From Gemmatimonadaceae bacterium (GTDB lineage: Bacteria > Gemmatimonadota > Gemmatimonadetes > Gemmatimonadales > Gemmatimonadaceae), in contig JBJMOW010000004.1 in NCBI GenBank assembly GCA_045803545.1, positions 1,056,001-1,120,000 on the forward strand: DNA of 64,000 bases. Direction: 5' to 3'. The notes beneath the pieces are model-generated. The model was not told where the DNA came from. It did no database searches and worked only from the letters and a program-made list of their open reading frames with translations. Both the position numbers and the translations under genes were made by a program. Shown here in pieces: positions 38,933 to 49,039 of the stretch (its first letter is position 1; every line of letters starts with the position of its first letter).

Positions 38933-39607
38933 GTGACCGCTGACGCCGCTAAAGATCATATCATTGTCGAGGCTGCTGTCGAAACGATCGACGGTGCGCT
39001 GGCAGCGGAGCGCGCTGGCGCCGACCGGCTGGAGCTGTGTGCCGATCTCGCGAACGGCGGAACAACGCCGAGTCTGGAGCTGATCGACGCTGTCCGTAGG
39101 GCGACGGCACTTCCAGTCCAGGTGATGGTGCGTCCTCGCCCCGGCAGCTTCGTCTACACCGACTCGGACATCGCGCGGATGACGAGGGACATCGAGCTCA
39201 TTGGCGCGCGCAAGCTGTCGGGAATTGTGACGGGCGCCATCAACGCCGATCGTCAGCTGGACGTCCCGAGTGTGAAGCGACTCATAGCGGCAGCGAACAC
39301 GATACCAATAACATTCCATCGCGCGTTCGACCGTCTTGCCAGTCCGGTCGACGTGCTGGACGAGCTTGTTGAATTGGGTGTGAGCCGACTGCTCACATCA
39401 GGCGGCGCATTGTCAGCCAGCGAGGGCGTTGACGGGTTAGCCGCGCTGGTCGAACGCGCTCGTAGACGCATCGTAATCCTCGCCGGCGGCGGCGTACGCG
39501 CCCACAACGTGCGTGAAATCATTGCGCGAACGGGCGTTCGCGAAGTACATGCTCGGTTTGTCGATTACGCGCAGATGAAAGATCTGGTCGCGGCGGCCCG
39601 GGATTAG
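38933..39607 (+). CDS. cutC: CutC family protein
   Basis: GADRLELC, GGTTPS, MVRPRPG, TFHRAFD, LTSGG. Confidence 0.93.
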   Translation: MTADAAKDHIIVEAAVETIDGALAAERAGADRLELCADLANGGTTPSLELIDAVRRATALPVQVMVRPRPGSFVYTDSDIARMTRDIELIGARKLSGIVTGAINADRQLDVPSVKRLIAAANTIPITFHRAFDRLASPVDVLDELVELGVSRLLTSGGALSASEGVDGLAALVERARRRIVILAGGGVRAHNVREIIARTGVREVHARFVDYAQMKDLVAAARD

Positions 39608-39626
39608 CTCATAGCCACCTTACACC

Positions 39627-40472
39627 ATGAATCTCAAATCCTCTATAGCATCGCTGCAGCTGGCAGCAGCCATCACATTCGCCGCGGCGCCATCACTCGC
39701 GGCACAGTCGCCGCCCGCGCAATCTCCCGATACTACGAAAGGCGCGCCGCTCTTCACCGGGCGCGATGCAATCAGAGCTGTTGGATTCGCCGGTCTCACG
39801 GTCGCAATGTTTCCGCTTGACCGCTCGATTGCACGCCGGCTCACCAACGAGAGATCGAAGGCGAACAGGTTCCTCAACGGCGCATCGAAGGGCGTTGAAT
39901 ACATCGCCGATCCCGGGTCCATCGTAATTGGATCGTCGCTTTATCTGATCGGCCGATTTACCAATCATCCTGGCGTCGAAGATCTGGGTTGGCACGGCAC
40001 CGAAGCAGTCCTGCTCGGCGCGGGGACGGCGTGGGTTCTTAAAGGATTGGCTGGTCGCGCAAGGCCGTATGTCACGGGTGACACTACCGCGCACGATTTC
40101 AAGTTCGGCGGCGGTTTCACCAACGGGAACCGTCAGTCATTCCCGTCGGGTCATACGACCGCCGCCTTCGCCGCAGCTTCGGCCGTTGTCAGCGAAGCCG
40201 AGCGTGGATGGCCGGGCCATTTCTGGCTGGTGGCACCGGCGATGTACGGCGGTGCGACGCTGGTCGGAATATCACGCATGTACCATGACAAGCATTGGGC
40301 GAGCGATGTCGCGGTCGGCGCGGCGATCGGCACCTTTAGTGGGCTCAAAGTTGTTCGCTACGCACACGAACACCCACAGAACTTTCTAGACCGCGCGATT
40401 CTGCGGGTTGATGCGGGCCCGACCGGTTCAGGTCGCGACGTGTTGCTGACAGTCGCCATTCCTGTGAACTGA
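39627..40472 (+). CDS. PAP2-family phosphatase
   Basis: KGLAGRARP, SFPSGH, SRMYHDKHWASDV. Confidence 0.9.
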   Translation: MNLKSSIASLQLAAAITFAAAPSLAAQSPPAQSPDTTKGAPLFTGRDAIRAVGFAGLTVAMFPLDRSIARRLTNERSKANRFLNGASKGVEYIADPGSIVIGSSLYLIGRFTNHPGVEDLGWHGTEAVLLGAGTAWVLKGLAGRARPYVTGDTTAHDFKFGGGFTNGNRQSFPSGHTTAAFAAASAVVSEAERGWPGHFWLVAPAMYGGATLVGISRMYHDKHWASDVAVGAAIGTFSGLKVVRYAHEHPQNFLDRAILRVDAGPTGSGRDVLLTVAIPVN

Positions 40473-40582
40473 TCACGAGACCACATCTCTTCTACGTCAT
40501 TTGACCGATAGATCGACTAGCTGATTCGTGCGACTGTTGGCGGAGTAATGATCCCCGTTCGCCAACCCAAACTCGACGGCTT

Positions 40583-41059
40583 ATGACGAAATCTCTCCAC
40601 CACACGCTTCTCGCTTTCGGAGCGATCTGTCTCGGCTCGTGTGTCGCAACTGCGGGCGCTCAGGATCCAAACGACTTCCATACTACAACCAGCGGTTCAA
40701 TGGGTGGCATCCACTACGGCGTGCCTCTCAAATGGTCCCTGGCCCTCGGCTATGTACTGCCAGGCGAATACAAGGATTGGCAGCCATTCGTCGGCGCTGA
40801 GCCCGGGCTTGGCGGATGGCGCGCAGGACTTGGGGCGCTGAAGATGACCAACGAGCTGGGTGGCGCATACGTCATGCGCTTCGGCGCGCTTCGGACCACC
40901 AGGAAAGCGTGGCGCGCGCCATCATCGGCAACTTTTGTTGGCCCTGAGTTTCAGTTCATGCCAATCTTTGCGATTGGCGCTCGCGTAGGTGGATTCTTTC
41001 GCGTCGGGGGCAAAGGTAGCCGCGCGTTGTTGACTAGCGACCTGAACGTGATGTTCTAA
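40583..41059 (+). CDS. Hypothetical exported protein, possibly a small outer-membrane beta-barrel
   Basis: Signal peptide, Gly/aromatic-rich strands, terminal Phe. Confidence 0.6.
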   Translation: MTKSLHHTLLAFGAICLGSCVATAGAQDPNDFHTTTSGSMGGIHYGVPLKWSLALGYVLPGEYKDWQPFVGAEPGLGGWRAGLGALKMTNELGGAYVMRFGALRTTRKAWRAPSSATFVGPEFQFMPIFAIGARVGGFFRVGGKGSRALLTSDLNVMF

Positions 41060-41173
41060 GGCTCGCTGAAGGCGCGCGTCATCGTCCCGTATTCAAAATG
41101 TAAACGACTCCTTTCGCGCTTCGCGACGTAGTGCCCCCTGAACTGGCTGGCACCTCTAGCTCGGAGGCGGATC

Positions 41174-41902
41174 GTGTCGGACGAAGTTGTCGAAGAGAAT
41201 ACATCAGAGCTGCGAAAGCCTCTTACGAGCGCGTTGTTCCTCGTGCTCGTACTCGCGCTCATCTCCTTCTGGTCGTTCCGCGGAGCAGTCGGCGCTGATG
41301 CGATCGCGCGGATTGCTCGTATTGGACGCCCGCTTCTCTACCTGCGTACGATCGTCTTCGAGTGGGTAATGCTCGGTGTGGTGCTCATCGGCTTAAGGCT
41401 TCAAGGGTCGTCCTTTCAAGCTGTCCTCGGCAGACGATGGCGTTCAGGAAAAGAAATCATTCGCGACATCGGCATTGCCGCGGCGTTCTGGATCGTTTCG
41501 ACGATAGTCCTGTCGATGATTACACTGCACCCCCATGACGCGCCGCCGAACCCGCTGGTGCAGGTGATGTTGCCTCAGGGGTTTTTCGAGTCGGTCATCT
41601 GGATCGCGCTCTCGATCACCGCCGGGATTTGTGAAGAGGCTGTCTACCGCGGCTACCTTCAGCGTCAGCTGATGGCGATGACGAAAAGCGTCACGCTCGG
41701 GATTGCGTTGTCTGCCATCGCGTTTGCCGTCGCGCACTCATATAAAGGCTTGTCAGGAGCCTTTGGGATTTTTGTAGACGGCGTGATGCTGGGAAGCCTG
41801 GCTTACTGGCGAAGGAGCGTTCGCCCCGGGATGATCGCGCACGCATTCACCGATTCCTTCGCGGGTGTCATTGCCCGGCTGCTCAAGATCGGGATCACTT
41901 GA
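41174..41902 (+). CDS. CPBP (CAAX/Abi) intramembrane metalloprotease
   Basis: EEAVYRG, FAVAH, AHAFTD. Confidence 0.9.
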   Translation: MSDEVVEENTSELRKPLTSALFLVLVLALISFWSFRGAVGADAIARIARIGRPLLYLRTIVFEWVMLGVVLIGLRLQGSSFQAVLGRRWRSGKEIIRDIGIAAAFWIVSTIVLSMITLHPHDAPPNPLVQVMLPQGFFESVIWIALSITAGICEEAVYRGYLQRQLMAMTKSVTLGIALSAIAFAVAHSYKGLSGAFGIFVDGVMLGSLAYWRRSVRPGMIAHAFTDSFAGVIARLLKIGIT

Positions 41903-41914
41903 GCGCCAGCGTTG

Positions 41915-42265
41915 TCAATGCGGTGTGATGTGCTCTGGCTTCCGCTCGCGGACCGGCAGCGCTGCCAGGCGATCGTGCTCGGCCTTTTCCGAAAGAAGTC
42001 TGGCAACGAAGCGATGCCCTTCTGAGAGCCGCTCGACTTCCACCGAGAGCACGTCCATCGCCTGCATTATCTGTTGAAATTGCGGCGAGCCGGAAACTTC
42101 TTTCGCCAGTTCGCTGGCAACACGGCTCGCCGATCTGCGGCTGGCGAGATGACTGCCGATCCAAGCGCCGACGAATCCAGCGACTAAAGCCACGCCTCCG
42201 GCGAGGCTGAAGAGCACGATGTAATGCTCTCGCAGTGTGCCGAAAAAGACCTGGGGAAAATTCAT
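41915..42265 (-). CDS. Hypothetical TM + coiled-coil protein (EVERLSEGHRF motif)
   Basis: GAGG RBS before MNFPQV, one TM helix. The upstream part of the ORF-track call overlaps ruvB. Confidence 0.7.
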   Translation of the reverse strand: MNFPQVFFGTLREHYIVLFSLAGGVALVAGFVGAWIGSHLASRRSASRVASELAKEVSGSPQFQQIMQAMDVLSVEVERLSEGHRFVARLLSEKAEHDRLAALPVRERKPEHITPH

Positions 42266-42311
42266 CGTTGCCTCAAATTGGAAGTATGACTCTCTTCCTA
42301 CGAGCGGCGAT

Positions 42312-43346
42312 CTAAAAAAGAGTCGGCTGCTGCGAGTTGGAGTTCGTCGTCGGGGGGTTGAACCCGAAATGCCGATACGCTTGCGCGGTAGCCACGCGTC
42401 CGCGTGGCGTGCGCTGCAGGAATCCGTTCTGGACCAGGAACGGCTCGTAGACTTCCTCGAGGGTTCCCGCATCCTCGCCGATAGCGGCGGCGATGGTGCC
42501 GACACCAACAGGTCCTCCTTCGAACTTCTCGATGATGGTCTTGAGGATGCGCGTGTCCATGTCGTCGAGGCCGAGCTGATCGACTTCAAGTAAAACGAGG
42601 GCGTCAGCGGCGACCTTGCGGGTGATCTTTCCGCCCGCCCGCACCTGCGCAAAATCGCGAATGCGGCGGAGCAGGCGATTGGCGACACGCGGAGTGCCGC
42701 GCGCTCTCTTCGCGATTTCCTGCGCTCCGTCATCGTCGATCTCCACCTGCATCACCTCGGCGGTGCGGTGGACAATCTGCTCGAGATCAGCGGCGGGATA
42801 GAAGTTGAGCCGCTGTTCGATTCCGAAACGCGCACGCATCGGCGGCGTCAGCATCCCGAGTCGCGTGGTCGCGCCGATAAGCGTGAACTTCTCGATCGGC
42901 ATCGTGATCGTTTGCGCCTTCGGTCCTTCAGAGAGGCGGATCTCGATCTTGTAATCCTCCATCGCCGGATAGAGAAACTCTTCGATGATGGGTTTCAGTC
43001 GATGAATCTCATCGATGAACAGGATGTCACCTTCTCTGAGATTGGTGAGCGTCCCGACCAAATCTCCCGGCTTCTCGAGCGCCGGTCCCGAAGTGGTTCG
43101 GATATTCACGCCGAGCTCTCTCGCGATCAGCTCGGCGAGCGTGGTCTTGCCGAGTCCAGGCGGTCCGAAGAAAAGCGTATGGTCGAGCGGGTCGCGGCGG
43201 GCGAGCGCGGCGTCGATGTAAATGCGCAGAGACTCCTTTACGCGATCCTGGCCAATGAACTCGGACAGGCGCTGGGGTCTGAGTGAGAGCTCGACTACGC
43301 TCTCTTCTACGATGATTTCCGGGGTGGTGATTTCAGCTCGGGTCAT
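42312..43346 (-). CDS. ruvB: Holliday junction helicase RuvB
   Basis: [26 protein letters not shown]. Confidence 0.98.
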   Translation of the reverse strand: MTRAEITTPEIIVEESVVELSLRPQRLSEFIGQDRVKESLRIYIDAALARRDPLDHTLFFGPPGLGKTTLAELIARELGVNIRTTSGPALEKPGDLVGTLTNLREGDILFIDEIHRLKPIIEEFLYPAMEDYKIEIRLSEGPKAQTITMPIEKFTLIGATTRLGMLTPPMRARFGIEQRLNFYPAADLEQIVHRTAEVMQVEIDDDGAQEIAKRARGTPRVANRLLRRIRDFAQVRAGGKITRKVAADALVLLEVDQLGLDDMDTRILKTIIEKFEGGPVGVGTIAAAIGEDAGTLEEVYEPFLVQNGFLQRTPRGRVATAQAYRHFGFNPPTTNSNSQQPTLF

Positions 43347-43488
43347 CACGTCAAAGGATCACACTGTCCGTATGCGATTCGGTATCCCAGAAATGTACCC
43401 GAAGATAGACCGAAATTCGAGAGCGGGTGTTGCGCCGCCTCGGAAATCATCCGCCGTAAAAACTATCCCCACAAACGCTTCCGGGAAA

Positions 43489-43507
43489 TGTAGGACAACC
43501 GCTGACA
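43489..43507. promoter_or_regulatory. Candidate response-regulator box TGTAGG-N7-CTGACA
   Basis: Near-identical to the site at 46758-46776. Confidence 0.55.
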
Positions 43508-43641
43508 CCGCCCGTGCCGAAACGGTGACTCGTTTCACCTCCCGGGACGACGCCGCGAGCCGTTCGACCGCACTACCCTGGTGCAAACCAAATCGGCCGG
43601 CTGTTATGAACACAACGACTTTATTTGCCAGGGAGCCATTC

Positions 43642-44082
43642 ATGGCTCCTGACTCCCGGAGCCAGAGACCCCTCCTGATTCTCGTCGCCGCGCCATACCG
43701 CTCGGGTACTGACGATGATCCGTGGCTCGTCGATGCGAATGTGGCGGTGATGGCGGAGGTCTCTCTCAGATTGCTGAGAGCCGGACACCTTCCGGTCGTT
43801 AGCGAGTGGCTAGCACTTCCGCTCATCGAGCACGCCGGCTCCGGGCAAATCGGCGATCAGATCTTCAACAGTATTTTCGAAACGGTCGCCGCCGAGCTGC
43901 TCGATAAATGCGATGCGATCCTCCGCATCGGTGGACCTTCAGAAGACGCCGACGATGTCGTCGCTACAGCCTGGAATCGCGGGAAGACAGTCTACTTCGC
44001 GCTCGAAGATGTTCCGCCGGTCCATACCGCTGCTATTTCAATAAATCGTGGGCGACGACGTAGCGCACGAGGTCCTGCTTAG
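43642..44082 (+). CDS. DUF4406-like / nucleoside deoxyribosyltransferase-fold protein
   Basis: ILVAAPYRSG, GHLPV, CDAILRIGGPS. GGAG RBS. Confidence 0.7.
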   Translation: MAPDSRSQRPLLILVAAPYRSGTDDDPWLVDANVAVMAEVSLRLLRAGHLPVVSEWLALPLIEHAGSGQIGDQIFNSIFETVAAELLDKCDAILRIGGPSEDADDVVATAWNRGKTVYFALEDVPPVHTAAISINRGRRRSARGPA

Positions 44083-44665
44083 TCTTGAGTCCCATCTTCT
44101 CGAGTAGCCGGGTCCGGTAGGTACTCACCGTCTTCGCGCTCAACCCCAGTTGGGCGGCGACGTCTTTCACCATCATCCCGCTGCCAAGCGCGCGCAGCAC
44201 CTCGAACTCGCGATCGCTGAGGCTTTCGTGCACCGCGCGGTTCTGGCCACTGTCGATCATATCGGCCAGACGCTCTGCCATCGACTCGCTCACGTACTTG
44301 CCGCCGCGCGCCACCCGTCCAATTGCGAGTACCAGCTGCTCGGGTGATCGATCCTTGGTGAGATAGCCGCTCGCACCGGCTCGCAAAGACCGTCCGGCCC
44401 ATTGATCTTCCGGGTGCGCGCTGATCACTAGCAGCTTCACACTCGGATGCTCTCGCCGCAGATCCTTGAGCGTGTCGATGTAGGTCGCGCCAGGCATGCT
44501 GACGTCGAGCAACACGACGTCGACGGCGGCCGCCGCGAGCAAACGAAACAGCTCCACTGCGCTCGACGCTTCGCCAACCACCGAAATGCCCGGATGCTCG
44601 CTGACGATGCGTCGAAGACCTTCACGAACAATCGGATGATCATCCGCTATGGCGACTCGAATCAC
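44033..44665 (-). CDS. NarL/UvrY-type response regulator (REC + LuxR HTH)
   Basis: ADDHPIVREG, LLDVSMP, GYLTK, LSDREFEV, KTVSTYR. Confidence 0.93.
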   Translation of the reverse strand: MIRVAIADDHPIVREGLRRIVSEHPGISVVGEASSAVELFRLLAAAAVDVVLLDVSMPGATYIDTLKDLRREHPSVKLLVISAHPEDQWAGRSLRAGASGYLTKDRSPEQLVLAIGRVARGGKYVSESMAERLADMIDSGQNRAVHESLSDREFEVLRALGSGMMVKDVAAQLGLSAKTVSTYRTRLLEKMGLKTKQDLVRYVVAHDLLK

Positions 44666-45786
44666 GCTGGTGCCTCGGCGAGCGGCACGCGCAACAACAC
44701 TTTCGTTCCCAGATCGGGAATGCCGGTGATGGTGAATTCGCCGCCGCATGCAAGTGCTCGCTCGCGCATCCCGACGACGCCGAGCGAGCGGGTGCCACCC
44801 AGGCGCTCGAAGGATGCGCCGACGCCATTGTCAGCAACCTCGAGCGTGAGTAGCGAAGGTGTCTGATCGAGCCGGATCCAGACGTTGGTCGCCTGCGCGT
44901 GGCGCAGTACATTGGTCAGCGATTCCTGCAGGATCCGAAAAACAGGACTGCCGAGATGGTCGGGGATCGGCGTGTCATCGCTATGAATCTCGACCGAGAC
45001 ATCGATGCCTGTGCGTGCGCGAAACTCCTGCCCCTGCCACTCCAGCGCCGCTGTCAGGCCCAGCTGGTCGAGAATGCTCGGCCGCAGCTCGGTGGCGATG
45101 CGACGCACCGCGGTCAGTGTTTGATCGATACGCTCAATGACCGAACCGCACTGGGCCATCATCGCGTGGTCGCGTGGCAGCCGATGCTTCATCCACGCGA
45201 TGTCGAGTTTGAGTCCGGTGAGGGCTTGCCCAAGCTCGTCGTGAATCTCGCGCGCGATTTCGGTGCGTTCCTCCTCGCGCACTGTCTGCAGGCGCGTGGC
45301 GAGGGCGCGGAGCTGTTCCGCGGACGCGCGGATCTGCTCGGTGGCGAGATGTTTGTCGGTGATGTCGCGCTGAATACCGAAATGTCCCGCGATCCGACCG
45401 CGATCATCGTGAATGACCATGTAGTCGCCCTCGATCCGCATCGGCGTCCCGTCGAGCCGTCTCTCGTCCGTTTCGGTATGCAGGTAACCGGCATCGAAGA
45501 ACTCGCGCCAGCGATCGCGCGCTGTTGCGACATCATGCGCAAAGAACTGCGCCGGGGTCATCCCGAGGAGATCAGATGGTGCTGCCGCATTGAACTGAGC
45601 AAGGATTGCGGCGTTGACCTTGGTCATCCGCTGATGCTCGAACACGTAGTCGAGCACTCTCTCCTTGTCGACGCCGGCTCTCCACTCGACCGGTTCGTCC
45701 AGCATCATGAAAAAGAACCCGTCGAGGGACTGTGAGAAGAACAGTTCCAGCAGTCGCTCATTCTCGATGCCCGCGGGTACTGCCAT
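44662..45786 (-). CDS. Cytoplasmic PAS sensor histidine kinase (HisKA_3)
   Basis: IAREIHDELGQ, ESLTNVLRHA, DNGVG, GMRERA. No TM segment. Confidence 0.92.
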   Translation of the reverse strand: MAVPAGIENERLLELFFSQSLDGFFFMMLDEPVEWRAGVDKERVLDYVFEHQRMTKVNAAILAQFNAAAPSDLLGMTPAQFFAHDVATARDRWREFFDAGYLHTETDERRLDGTPMRIEGDYMVIHDDRGRIAGHFGIQRDITDKHLATEQIRASAEQLRALATRLQTVREEERTEIAREIHDELGQALTGLKLDIAWMKHRLPRDHAMMAQCGSVIERIDQTLTAVRRIATELRPSILDQLGLTAALEWQGQEFRARTGIDVSVEIHSDDTPIPDHLGSPVFRILQESLTNVLRHAQATNVWIRLDQTPSLLTLEVADNGVGASFERLGGTRSLGVVGMRERALACGGEFTITGIPDLGTKVLLRVPLAEAPA

Positions 45787-45840
45787 GGAACGGTGCCATG
45801 GATTGGGAGTGTTAAAAGGTACGCCTCGTATCATCTGAAT

Positions 45841-45878
45841 ACAAAGAGGGCCGAGCTTTGCGGCTCGACCCCCTTTGT
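45841..45878 (-). terminator. Rho-independent terminator-like hairpin
   Basis: ACAAAGAGGGCCGAGC-tttgcg-GCTCGACCCCCTTTGT just after the stop at 45885. Confidence 0.7.
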
Positions 45879-45884
45879 CGGTGT

Positions 45885-46654
45885 TCAGAAAGCTTTCTTC
45901 GGTTCGCCATAAATCATATTGTCAAGGACAACGAGATCCGCCGTTCCGCCGTCGGTGATGTCGTTGACGCCTGCTGCCAGCGCCCCAGTGCCCAGGGTGA
46001 CTCGAACGCGGGCGATGATTGCGTCGGGGAAAGTGACGCCGAGGAAAGACAGGCCGGCGGCGTCGGACCGGACCGGAGCTGGAAAGCTCCCCAGGCTGGA
46101 GCCATCCTGCGCGAACAACTGAATAGTCGTCTTGTCGGCCACGTCGACATCGCTGAACACGATCCCGATGCCTCGTGTTACTGCCGGCGTCGGCTGCCCT
46201 GCGACTTCGAAGAGTTGGTCGAGCTGGTTGCTGCCGACTGGTGCGAAAATCTTGTTGGCGCTGAGAAGGCGAATTGCGCCGCGTACTCCGGATTGATCTC
46301 CGCGAAATCGGTCGAGTCGTTGCGGAAGCCAGTGCCCGACGTTGTGAAAACCGCGCCAGCCTTCACATTGGTGTTGAAGAAGTTCGCCGGAAAATCGTTT
46401 TTGTTGTCGAACGGATTCGCGCCGGCGCCGTCCCAGTTGATTTCCCGCCTGCCCGTCGGTTGCTCACCGGCGACTGCGCCGTTGGCGACTCCGAGCACGT
46501 TGCGGAACTCGTCAACCTTAGTGGCGATTGCACCGGTGGCCGAATAGACCGTTGCCTGAGGGCCAGGCGGTGGCGGTGGTGGTGCTGCGACCTTGTCGCT
46601 GCCACACGCGACGATTCCAGCAAGGGTCGCGAGGGTTATAAGCGTTTTAAGCAT
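45885..46654 (-). pseudogene. Lipoprotein gene (RREINWDG motif) split by a 1-nt frameshift near 46265
   Basis: Restoring one T in ttc-(t)tc-agc joins ...YAAQFAF to FSANKIFAPVGSNQLDQLFEVAGQPTPAVTRGIGIVFSDVD, which continues into the 45885-46160 ORF. Confidence 0.75.
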
Positions 46655-46757
46655 CTGCGTCTCCGAAGGGATTCGAAAACGCCAAGCTTAGATCGCTACA
46701 CGCGAGTGCAGGATCGGTACGATCGTTCGATTTGCAGTGATTTGCGGCGACGACGGA

Positions 46758-46776
46758 TGTAGGACGGAGCCTTACA
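46758..46776. promoter_or_regulatory. Candidate response-regulator box TGTAGG-N7-CTTACA
   Basis: Near-identical to the site at 43489-43507. Confidence 0.55.
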
Positions 46777-46781
46777 CCGCG

Positions 46782-47951
46782 TCAGACGCGTGCCTGCAGA
46801 GCGACCAGTCTCTCGGCTGCCTTGGTCAGCGTCTCGATCTTCTTGCAGAACGCGAAGCGCGTGACGGACTTGCCGAGCTCCGGTCGGGAATAAAAGCTCA
46901 TCCCCGGCACCGTCGCGACGCCGACCTCTTTTGCCAACCACATGGCGAAATCCTTCGACTCGAGATCCGAGAACTCGGAGAAGTCGGCAAGTATATAGTA
47001 TGCGCCCTCGGGCGCGGCGTACTTGAAGCCGGCTTCATCGAGGGCGGAGCACATGATGTCGCGCCGCGCCCGATACTCGAGCGCGAGATGGTTGTAATAA
47101 TCGGAGTCGAACGCCATTCCGATTGCGCCGGCTGCCTGCAGCGGCGCGGGCGCACCCACCGTCAAAAAGTCGTGAACTTTCCGAATCGGGGACGAGAGCT
47201 CGTACGGCGCGATTGCGTAGCCAAGTCGCCAGCCGGTGCACGAAAAAGTCTTGGATAAACCGGAGATGGTTACCGTGCGTTCGCGCATTCCAGGCCAGGT
47301 CGCCAGCACGTGATGACCACCAGCGTAGCGAATGTGCTCGTAAATCTCGTCGGTAACAGCGATCACATCGAACTTCTGACACAGCTCTGCGATCAATGAG
47401 ATCTCTTCGCGTGTAAAGACCCGTCCCGTCGGATTGTGCGGCGTGTTGACGATGATCGCGCGCGTCCTGTCGTTGAACGCAGCGCGCAGCTTGTCCGGAT
47501 CAATCTTCCAGTCCGGTGCCTCCATCGGTACGAAGACTGGTTTTGCACCGGCGAGAATCGCGTCAGGTCCGTAGTTCTCGTAATACGGCTCGAACACGAT
47601 CACCTCGTCGCCGGGATCGACGAGCGCGAGAAAAACTGACGCCATCGCCTCCGTTGCCCCGCAGCAGACGGTGATCTCGCGCTCCGGATCGACTTCCATG
47701 TCGTACCATTGCCGGTACTTCTCGGCGATCGCGACGCGGAGCGCGGGACTGCCCCACGTGATTGCGTACTGATTGACGTCGCCCTTGATCGCCGCGCACG
47801 CCGCGTCCTTCATCGGCTCGGGCATCGGGAAATCGGGGAAGCCCTGCGCGAGATTGATCGCGCCGTACTGATTGGAGATCCGCGTCATCTCGCGGATCAC
47901 CGACTCCGTGAACGTTTGTGCGCGGGCGGCGGTCGCCGCTCTTTTCGACAT
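46782..47951 (-). CDS. Class I/II PLP aminotransferase (YbdL-like)
   Basis: NLAQGFPD, NTPHNPTG, DEIY, SKTFSCTGWRLG. Confidence 0.93.
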   Translation of the reverse strand: MSKRAATAARAQTFTESVIREMTRISNQYGAINLAQGFPDFPMPEPMKDAACAAIKGDVNQYAITWGSPALRVAIAEKYRQWYDMEVDPEREITVCCGATEAMASVFLALVDPGDEVIVFEPYYENYGPDAILAGAKPVFVPMEAPDWKIDPDKLRAAFNDRTRAIIVNTPHNPTGRVFTREEISLIAELCQKFDVIAVTDEIYEHIRYAGGHHVLATWPGMRERTVTISGLSKTFSCTGWRLGYAIAPYELSSPIRKVHDFLTVGAPAPLQAAGAIGMAFDSDYYNHLALEYRARRDIMCSALDEAGFKYAAPEGAYYILADFSEFSDLESKDFAMWLAKEVGVATVPGMSFYSRPELGKSVTRFAFCKKIETLTKAAERLVALQARV

Positions 47952-47973
47952 CGCCGCCGAGTCTGTCACCGAG

Positions 47974-48384
47974 CTATTGCTGCCCGGCACCCTTCGACAT
48001 CACCTCGATCACGCCGCTGGCACCACCCTTGATTCCGAACCTCGCCCCGGCCTGAGTTACGTCGTAGTAGTGAAGCGTTCCGACGTTGTAACCCGCGATG
48101 TTCTTCAGCGAATTGACATCGCCGTATTGCTGGCCATCAACGAAAACCACGGGGTAATTCGTACCCGCATTGTAGTAACCCGACGTCGGGCCCTTTGGCG
48201 CGAGCCAGTTCGGTCTCAGCCGCGCGATTGCATCATACGCCGTCGTCGCATCCGCATGCGCCTGAGTCATTTCCTCGGCGGTTAGAACAGCCTGGCTTTG
48301 CCGAGCAATACCAGGATTCGCGCCCGTGGTCGCGCAGCCGAGAACAACTGCCGCTGTGAGTATGTAGAAGTATCTCGATGACAT
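47974..48384 (-). CDS. Stand-alone TonB-plug-like lipoprotein 1
   Basis: Lipobox VLGC, AYDAIARLRPNWL, VFVDG, ARFG, GVIEV. Confidence 0.75.
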   Translation of the reverse strand: MSSRYFYILTAAVVLGCATTGANPGIARQSQAVLTAEEMTQAHADATTAYDAIARLRPNWLAPKGPTSGYYNAGTNYPVVFVDGQQYGDVNSLKNIAGYNVGTLHYYDVTQAGARFGIKGGASGVIEVMSKGAGQQ

Positions 48385-48529
48385 TGGTAAATCCTCCCTC
48401 GTTCCGCCTTCGTGAAGGTGCAGTTGGAACCGCTCGTTTGCAACCTTACCCTACGAGCGGATCTGTCATCCAGTTTGACAATCGCAAAGGCAGTAGCGAT
48501 GATGGCAAAATCAAACTCGGGCGGGATCA

Positions 48530-48616
48530 ATGAGCGTCAGCGTCATCGTCGGAATCGTCGTCGCAATCGTTGTCATCGGGCTGCTCTGGCGTCGGGGAAA
48601 GCCGCCAGTACCGTAA
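48530..48616 (+). CDS. Putative 28-aa single-TM small protein
   Basis: MSVSVIVGIVVAIVVIGLLWRRGKPPVP*, GC3-rich codons, fills an intergenic gap. Confidence 0.6.
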   Translation: MSVSVIVGIVVAIVVIGLLWRRGKPPVP

Positions 48617-48622
48617 GCCCAG

Positions 48623-49018
48623 CTATTGCCGGGTCGTAACGTCGATTACTCCGCTTCCCGCGGTCATCCCGAACTTGCCCCCGGCCATTGTCGCATCGTA
48701 GTACCTGACCATCGACACCTGGCTGGGAATCAGGCTGCGTAAAGAAGTGATGTCTCCGTACTGCCGGCCGTCGACGTAGACCAGCGGATAATCACTCGCG
48801 GTGCTCCCGCCAAGCGTTGACTGACCACGGGAGCGCAGCATGTTTGGACGAACCTTCGATACCAGATCGTACAGATTGTTGGCCGGAACGGCCCGAATCT
48901 CCTCTTCCGTAATGACGTTGCGGTCCCCGGCGCCCGGCGTGATCGCCGCCCGATCGGATTTGGGGCTGGATGCGCACGCCCCCACCATCACCAGCGCGAT
49001 GAGATAACTCTTCTTCAT
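48623..49018 (-). CDS. Stand-alone TonB-plug-like lipoprotein 2
   Basis: Lipobox VGAC, VITEEEI, LYDLVSKVRPNML, VYVDG, GKFG, GVIDVTTR. Confidence 0.75.
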   Translation of the reverse strand: MKKSYLIALVMVGACASSPKSDRAAITPGAGDRNVITEEEIRAVPANNLYDLVSKVRPNMLRSRGQSTLGGSTASDYPLVYVDGRQYGDITSLRSLIPSQVSMVRYYDATMAGGKFGMTAGSGVIDVTTRQ

Positions 49019-49039
49019 CGTTTCACTCCTCCAAAAAGT

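Noticed and set aside
40536..40566. Riboswitch in the hairpin GTTGGCGGA...TTCGCCAAC
   Set aside because: Only a 9-bp stem. It lacks the fluoride-riboswitch consensus or any other aptamer motif I recognise.
41174..41902. Abortive-infection defence gene
   Set aside because: It is a CPBP/CAAX protease. The Abi label for this family is historical.
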